Origin: Elusimicrobia bacterium GWA2_61_42
GTDB lineage: Bacteria; Elusimicrobiota; Elusimicrobia; Elusimicrobiales; UBA9959
Assembly: GCA_001799615.1 (NCBI GenBank)
Contig: MGTU01000008.1
Span: 194,749-258,748, forward strand
Reading direction: 5' to 3'
DNA length: 64,000 nucleotides
The notes under the pieces were generated by a model. That model had not been told where the DNA came from. It searched no databases and saw nothing but the letters and a program-made list of their open reading frames with translations. The position numbers and the translations under genes were made by a program. Positions 60,259 through 64,000 of this stretch are shown piece by piece. The first letter of the stretch is position 1. Every line of letters starts with the position of its first letter.

Positions 60259-61659
60259 TCAGAATTCCGCGTAGCCGGGCACGCGGGGGAAAGCCGTCAC
60301 GTCGCGGATGTTGGAAATGCCGGTTATCAGCATCATCATGCGTTCGAACCCCAGGCCGAAACCGGAGTGCGGCACGCTGCCGTAACGGCGCAGGTCGAGG
60401 TACCACCAGTAGGCCTGGGCGTCTATATGGGCGTCGGCCAGCTTCTTTTCCAGCACGTCCAGGCGGTTCTCGCGCTCACTGCCGCCGACAAGCTCGCCTA
60501 TGCGGGGCACCAGCACGTCCATGCCGCGCACGGTCCTGCCGTCGTCGTTAAGCTTCATGTAGAAAGCGGCCGCTTCCTTGGGCTTGTTGTAAAGGATGAC
60601 CGGTTTCTTGAAATATTGCTCCACCAGGAAGCGCTCGTGCTCGGAAGAAAGGTCCACACCCCAGCTTACCTTTACGTCGAAGCGCTCGTTGACGGGCTCC
60701 AGCAGTTTGACCGCTTCGGTATACGCCAGCCGCTCGTACTTGCTCTCGGTCACGTTGCGCAGGTTCTCCATCAGCGCGGGCTCGACGAACTTCGCGAACA
60801 GCTCCATGTCGGACGGGCAGTTCTCCAGCACATGCCGGGTTATGGACTTTATAAAGTCCTCGGCCAGGTCCATGTCGTCTTCCAGCTCGTAGAAAGCCAT
60901 TTCCGGCTCGATCTGCCAGAACTCGGCGCAGTGCCGGTAGGTGTTGGAGTTCTCCGCCCTGAAAGTGGGGCCGAAAGTATAGATCTTGCCCAGCGCCAGC
61001 GCCAGGGTTTCGCCTTCCAGCTGGCCGGAAACGGTAAGAAAGGTCTTTTTGCCGAGCAGGTCCTTTGAGAAATCTATTTCCCCGGCCTCGGTTTTGGGCA
61101 GGGCCGAAAGCTTGGACAGGTCCATGGCGGTGGCGGTAAACAGTTCGCCGGCGCCCTCGGCGTCGGAACTGGTGAGGATCGGCGTGTGGACGTAGTGGAA
61201 ACCGTTGTTGCGGAAATAGGTATGCACCGCGTAGGCCAGCTCCGCGCGGATGCGCAGCATGGCCGCGTACTTGTTGGTGCGCGGGCGCAGGTGCGCCACC
61301 GTGCGCAGGAATTCGTCGGAAGTCTTCTTCTTCTGGATGGGGTATTTCTCGGGGTCGCAGCCGCCGTAGATCTTTACCTGTTTGGCCTGCAACTCGTATT
61401 TCTGGCCCGCGGCGGGGGAAGCGACCAGGTCGCCCTGGATCTCCGCGGCCGCGCCGGTCACCAGCGAGGGGAGAACCTCCGAGAAATTCCCGTTCTCCGG
61501 CGCGAAAACCACCTGCAGGCTCTCGCGGCAGGAGCCGTCGTTGAGCTCGGCGAAAGACATAACTTTGGAGTCGCGGCGGGTTTTTATCCAGCCGCGGGCC
61601 ACGGCCCCGGGCTTGGGGGCGGGGCTTTTGAGCAGTTCGCGGATGGTGGGAAGAGCCAT
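60259..61659 (-). CDS. asnS: Asparagine--tRNA ligase
   Basis: MALPTIRELLK...WIKTRRDSKVMSFAELNDGSC OB-fold start. C-terminal HSGFGLGFERMMMLITGISNIRDVTAFPRVPGYAEF is typical of AsnRS. The track's 66-codon Arg-rich upstream extension is rejected. Confidence 0.92.
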   Translation of the reverse strand: MALPTIRELLKSPAPKPGAVARGWIKTRRDSKVMSFAELNDGSCRESLQVVFAPENGNFSEVLPSLVTGAAAEIQGDLVASPAAGQKYELQAKQVKIYGGCDPEKYPIQKKKTSDEFLRTVAHLRPRTNKYAAMLRIRAELAYAVHTYFRNNGFHYVHTPILTSSDAEGAGELFTATAMDLSKLSALPKTEAGEIDFSKDLLGKKTFLTVSGQLEGETLALALGKIYTFGPTFRAENSNTYRHCAEFWQIEPEMAFYELEDDMDLAEDFIKSITRHVLENCPSDMELFAKFVEPALMENLRNVTESKYERLAYTEAVKLLEPVNERFDVKVSWGVDLSSEHERFLVEQYFKKPVILYNKPKEAAAFYMKLNDDGRTVRGMDVLVPRIGELVGGSERENRLDVLEKKLADAHIDAQAYWWYLDLRRYGSVPHSGFGLGFERMMMLITGISNIRDVTAFPRVPGYAEF

Positions 61660-61682
61660 GTTGCCGTCCTTGGGAGGGGGTA

Positions 61683-62213
61683 TTACTTTTTGCCTTTCTT
61701 CTTTTCCTCGGGCACCTTGGAGACCGCTAGGAGTTCCAGCTCGCAGGTCTTGTCTTCGCCGCTGTATTCTTCGAGGATGTAGCCGACGCCCGGGGCGTAG
61801 TAGCGCACGGACTTGCCGGCGTCGCCGCCGGCCAGCTTGGTCACGATCTTCATGCACTTGGCGAATTTGCCGGCCTTAATGGAAACTTTGTCGGAGAGGG
61901 ACACGACCTCGCTGGAGTCGGGATACTCGTCCCACTTGGCCCCTTCCTTGACGGGAAGGGGGAACTCGCGGCGGCCGCCGATGATGACGCCGTCGGCGGT
62001 GGTGAACCATTTGGCGTCGCGGGTTATCGTATATTCGGTGGTGTGGGAATCGCGCAGCTCGAAGATCATGCGGGCCTGGGCCACGGTCTTGCCGGTCTTC
62101 TTCTTGACTTCGAGGATGTCGATATAAACCCTGGCGTCGCCTTCAAATTCGGTGCTGGTGAATTTGTATTCGAAGCGGGTCTTTTCTTTAAGCGGGAAAT
62201 AATCTGCGGCCAT
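61683..62213 (-). CDS. Hypothetical cytoplasmic beta-rich protein with a Lys-rich tail
   Basis: 176-aa ORF just upstream of asnS. No signal peptide and no motif recognised. Confidence 0.55.
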   Translation of the reverse strand: MAADYFPLKEKTRFEYKFTSTEFEGDARVYIDILEVKKKTGKTVAQARMIFELRDSHTTEYTITRDAKWFTTADGVIIGGRREFPLPVKEGAKWDEYPDSSEVVSLSDKVSIKAGKFAKCMKIVTKLAGGDAGKSVRYYAPGVGYILEEYSGEDKTCELELLAVSKVPEEKKKGKK

Positions 62214-62255
62214 TTGGTGCCCCCCCGGGATCGGTGAGATAACTGGTGTTAAAAG

Positions 62256-62331
62256 TGGTGGACGTGACAGGGATCGAACCTGCGACCTCCTCGTTGCGAA
62301 CGAGGCGCTCTCCCAACTGAGCTACACGCCC
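62256..62331 (-). tRNA. tRNA-Ala (anticodon CGC), CCA encoded
   Basis: The reverse complement GGGCGTGTAGCTCAGTTGGGAGAGCGCCTCGTTCGCAACGAGGAGGTCGCAGGTTCGATCCCTGTCACGTCCACCA folds as a cloverleaf. It has the G3:U70 Ala identity pair, anticodon loop TTCGCAA, and GGTTCGATCC in the T-arm. Confidence 0.95.
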
Positions 62332-62335
62332 AAAG

Positions 62336-63274
62336 TTACGGCTGCTCCGCCTTAGCGGCCTGCTCAACGCGCTTCTTGGCCCTGAGATGCTCCTTGAAGC
62401 TCGCGTTAAAAATATGTTTTCCCTTCCTGTCCGCCACGAAGTACAGCGCGTCCAGGTTGGCCGGGGCCAGCGTCGCCGCCACCGAACTGTAGCCCGGGTT
62501 GCAGATGGGCCCCGGCGGCAGTCCGCCCACCACGTAGGTGTTGTAAGGCGACTTGAATTTCAGGTCCTTGTAGGTCAGGGCCCTCTTCCAATAACCGAGA
62601 GCGTACTGGGTAGTCGGGTCGGCTTCGAGGGGCATCCCTTTGCGGTAGCGGTTTATGTAAACCGCCGCTATCAGGGGGCGCTCGCTGTCGTCCACGGCTT
62701 CCCGCTCCACTATCGAGGCTATTATCAGAGTTTTAAACTCGTCGAGCTTCTCGGGAAAACCTTTAGAGAACAAAGGCTTTATTTGCCTTTCAAACTCAAA
62801 TTTTAGCAAATTAATAACTTCCTGTGGCGGCATATTTTTTTTGAGGTTGTAAGTGGAAGGAAAAAGGTAGCCCTCGAGCTTCTGCTCCCTGGCCAGCTTG
62901 AGGAACGGCGCCGCCGGGACGATGCCGTTCGCCGCCAGGCGGTCGGCGATCTGTTCCATGCGCCAGCCCTCAGGGATAACCACGCGCACGCTGCTGACAT
63001 AGGTGCTGTGCGTAAGGCGCCATAAAGCCTCTTCGGCCGACATGCCTTTCCTGAGGGAATACTCCCCGGGCATGATGCGGCGGCCCGTGCCGGTAGCTTT
63101 TACCAGCAGCTTGAACCAGACCGGGCTGAGTATCACCCCGCCGCGCTTCAGCGCCGCCGCGGCCTGCCCCGCGCCCGCGCCCTCCGGGATGGAAACCTTG
63201 ACGGGCTGGCCGGGCCAGAAATAATAAAGCGAGAGCAGGGCGAGCAGCGCGGCGAAGATCTTGAGTTTTTTCAT
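62336..63274 (-). CDS. mltG: Endolytic murein transglycosylase MltG (YceG-like)
   Basis: 312 aa. N-terminal TM segment, then YLFPSTYNL and IIASIVEREA, which are typical of YceG/MltG. Confidence 0.88.
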   Translation of the reverse strand: MKKLKIFAALLALLSLYYFWPGQPVKVSIPEGAGAGQAAAALKRGGVILSPVWFKLLVKATGTGRRIMPGEYSLRKGMSAEEALWRLTHSTYVSSVRVVIPEGWRMEQIADRLAANGIVPAAPFLKLAREQKLEGYLFPSTYNLKKNMPPQEVINLLKFEFERQIKPLFSKGFPEKLDEFKTLIIASIVEREAVDDSERPLIAAVYINRYRKGMPLEADPTTQYALGYWKRALTYKDLKFKSPYNTYVVGGLPPGPICNPGYSSVAATLAPANLDALYFVADRKGKHIFNASFKEHLRAKKRVEQAAKAEQP

Positions 63275-63828
63275 AGCAGCTTCCTGGAGTATACCTCGGT
63301 GTAAACCGGGCCTTCGGGGGTCAGGCGGCTCTCCATCAGTTCTACGGAGGAGACCGCCGACGAAGCCCGCCTGGCGGAGGTATAGCCCCCCGCGCGCCTG
63401 AAGAAATCCTCCGGCAAAGGCCTTTTCACCCTGCCGATGGTAACGTGCGGCTCGAACCGGTTCTCGAAGATCAGGCCGTTAGCCGCCAGGCCTTCGGAAA
63501 GTTTGTTCGCCAGCTCCCGCAGCTCCGCGGCGCCTTCGCCTATGCCGATCCAGAGCACGCTGGGATGCCTGGGCGAAGGGAAAACGCCCAGCCCTCCGGA
63601 AACCACGCTGAACCGCTTCAGCCCCGCGAGCCCGGCGTCCATCCCGCGCGCCGCGGCGTCCGCGGCCTTCTTGTCCAGGTCGCCGAGAAAGGCGTAGGTG
63701 ATGTGAAAATCCGAAGGAGCCGTCCATTTAACCGCGTCGCGTCCGGCATTGTCGCGCGCGTAATCGGCCGCCGCTTTAAGATGCGCGGTAAAAGCCGGTT
63801 CGAAAGCCGAGGCGACAAAAAGACGCAT
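63271..63828 (-). CDS. thpR: RNA 2',3'-cyclic phosphodiesterase (2H family, ThpR/LigT)
   Basis: 185 aa with two HxT motifs: HITYAFLG and HVTIGR. Confidence 0.88.
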   Translation of the reverse strand: MRLFVASAFEPAFTAHLKAAADYARDNAGRDAVKWTAPSDFHITYAFLGDLDKKAADAAARGMDAGLAGLKRFSVVSGGLGVFPSPRHPSVLWIGIGEGAAELRELANKLSEGLAANGLIFENRFEPHVTIGRVKRPLPEDFFRRAGGYTSARRASSAVSSVELMESRLTPEGPVYTEVYSRKLL

Positions 63829-64000
63829 TATTCCTGCCCGGGCTCCTGTTCCTGCTCCTGCCCGGCTTCTTCCTGCGCCTGGCGCTTGGCCTTAGCCCGC
63901 CTGGCCGCCGCCGCCTTGGTCTTGGCCGAAGAACGCCCCTTGGCCTTAACCTTGGCCTTGGCGCCGCTCTTCAGCTGGCGGCGTATTATCTTGCGCTTCA
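63829..64000 (-). CDS. C-terminal end of an unidentified protein (Lys/Ala-rich basic tail, then an acidic QE tail); N-terminus lies outside the window
   Basis: Hand translation: ...KRKIIRRQLKSGAKAKVKAKGRSSAKTKAAAARRAKAKRQAQEEAGQEQEQEPGQE, stop at 63829-63831. Abuts the thpR start. Confidence 0.5.

Noticed and set aside
1-64000. Mobile elements, prophage, CRISPR arrays, rRNA operons, and toxin-antitoxin or known defence-system genes.
   Set aside because: Reading all supported ORFs, I found no transposase, integrase, recombinase, Cas, restriction-modification or phage structural signatures. The only tandem repeat is the 12-nt coding repeat in jag, and the only RNA gene I can support is tRNA-Ala.

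Overview
High-GC, densely coding bacterial chromosome segment. Its envelope genes are diderm-type: an Omp85-like barrel, a porin-like barrel and lipoboxes. I support about 66 protein genes, one tRNA-Ala(CGC), several near-consensus sigma70-type promoters and several intrinsic terminators. I saw no rRNA, CRISPR array, transposase, integrase or phage genes. Gene order, left to right: (1) tsf and rpsB (minus strand), nadE, an Omp85-like outer-membrane protein, glyQ/glyS and recO. (2) The rpmH-rnpA-yidD-yidC-jag-mnmE-(membrane ORF)-mnmG-rsmG block. (3) A dcw cell-wall cluster, mraZ-rsmH-(56-aa ORF)-ftsL-ftsI-murE-murF // mraY-murD-ftsW-murG. It is interrupted between murF and mraY by three unrelated genes (a lipoprotein barnase/RNase Sa-like ribonuclease, an FkbM methyltransferase and a C11 clostripain-like peptidase), and it stops after murG. 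(4) A mixed stretch: Ldh_2 dehydrogenase, a secreted trypsin-like protease, a cupin, pyk, a hydrolase and a Cys-rich secreted protein. (5) A tightly coupled six-gene minus-strand operon. It is headed by an unusually Cys-rich Fur-family regulator whose own promoter carries an 18/19 Fur box, and it also encodes a YtkA-like periplasmic protein, a porin-like barrel, an FMN_bind-like protein and a MacB/FtsX-type ABC pair. (6) A second trypsin-like protease paralog. (7) A Cys-rich HMBD-type metal-binding protein, then Crp/Fnr, hisS and aspS. (8) A 130-nt highly structured intergenic element, then lipA. (9) A five-gene phosphorelay cluster. (10) asnS, tRNA-Ala, mltG and thpR. The items most worth follow-up are: the Fur-gated envelope operon; a perfect TTGAC-N4-GTCAA palindrome that recurs only in intergenic regions, including the promoters of both protease paralogs; the structured element upstream of lipA; and the foreign three-gene insertion inside the dcw cluster. 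All functional calls come from motif and homology recognition by eye; no searches were run.
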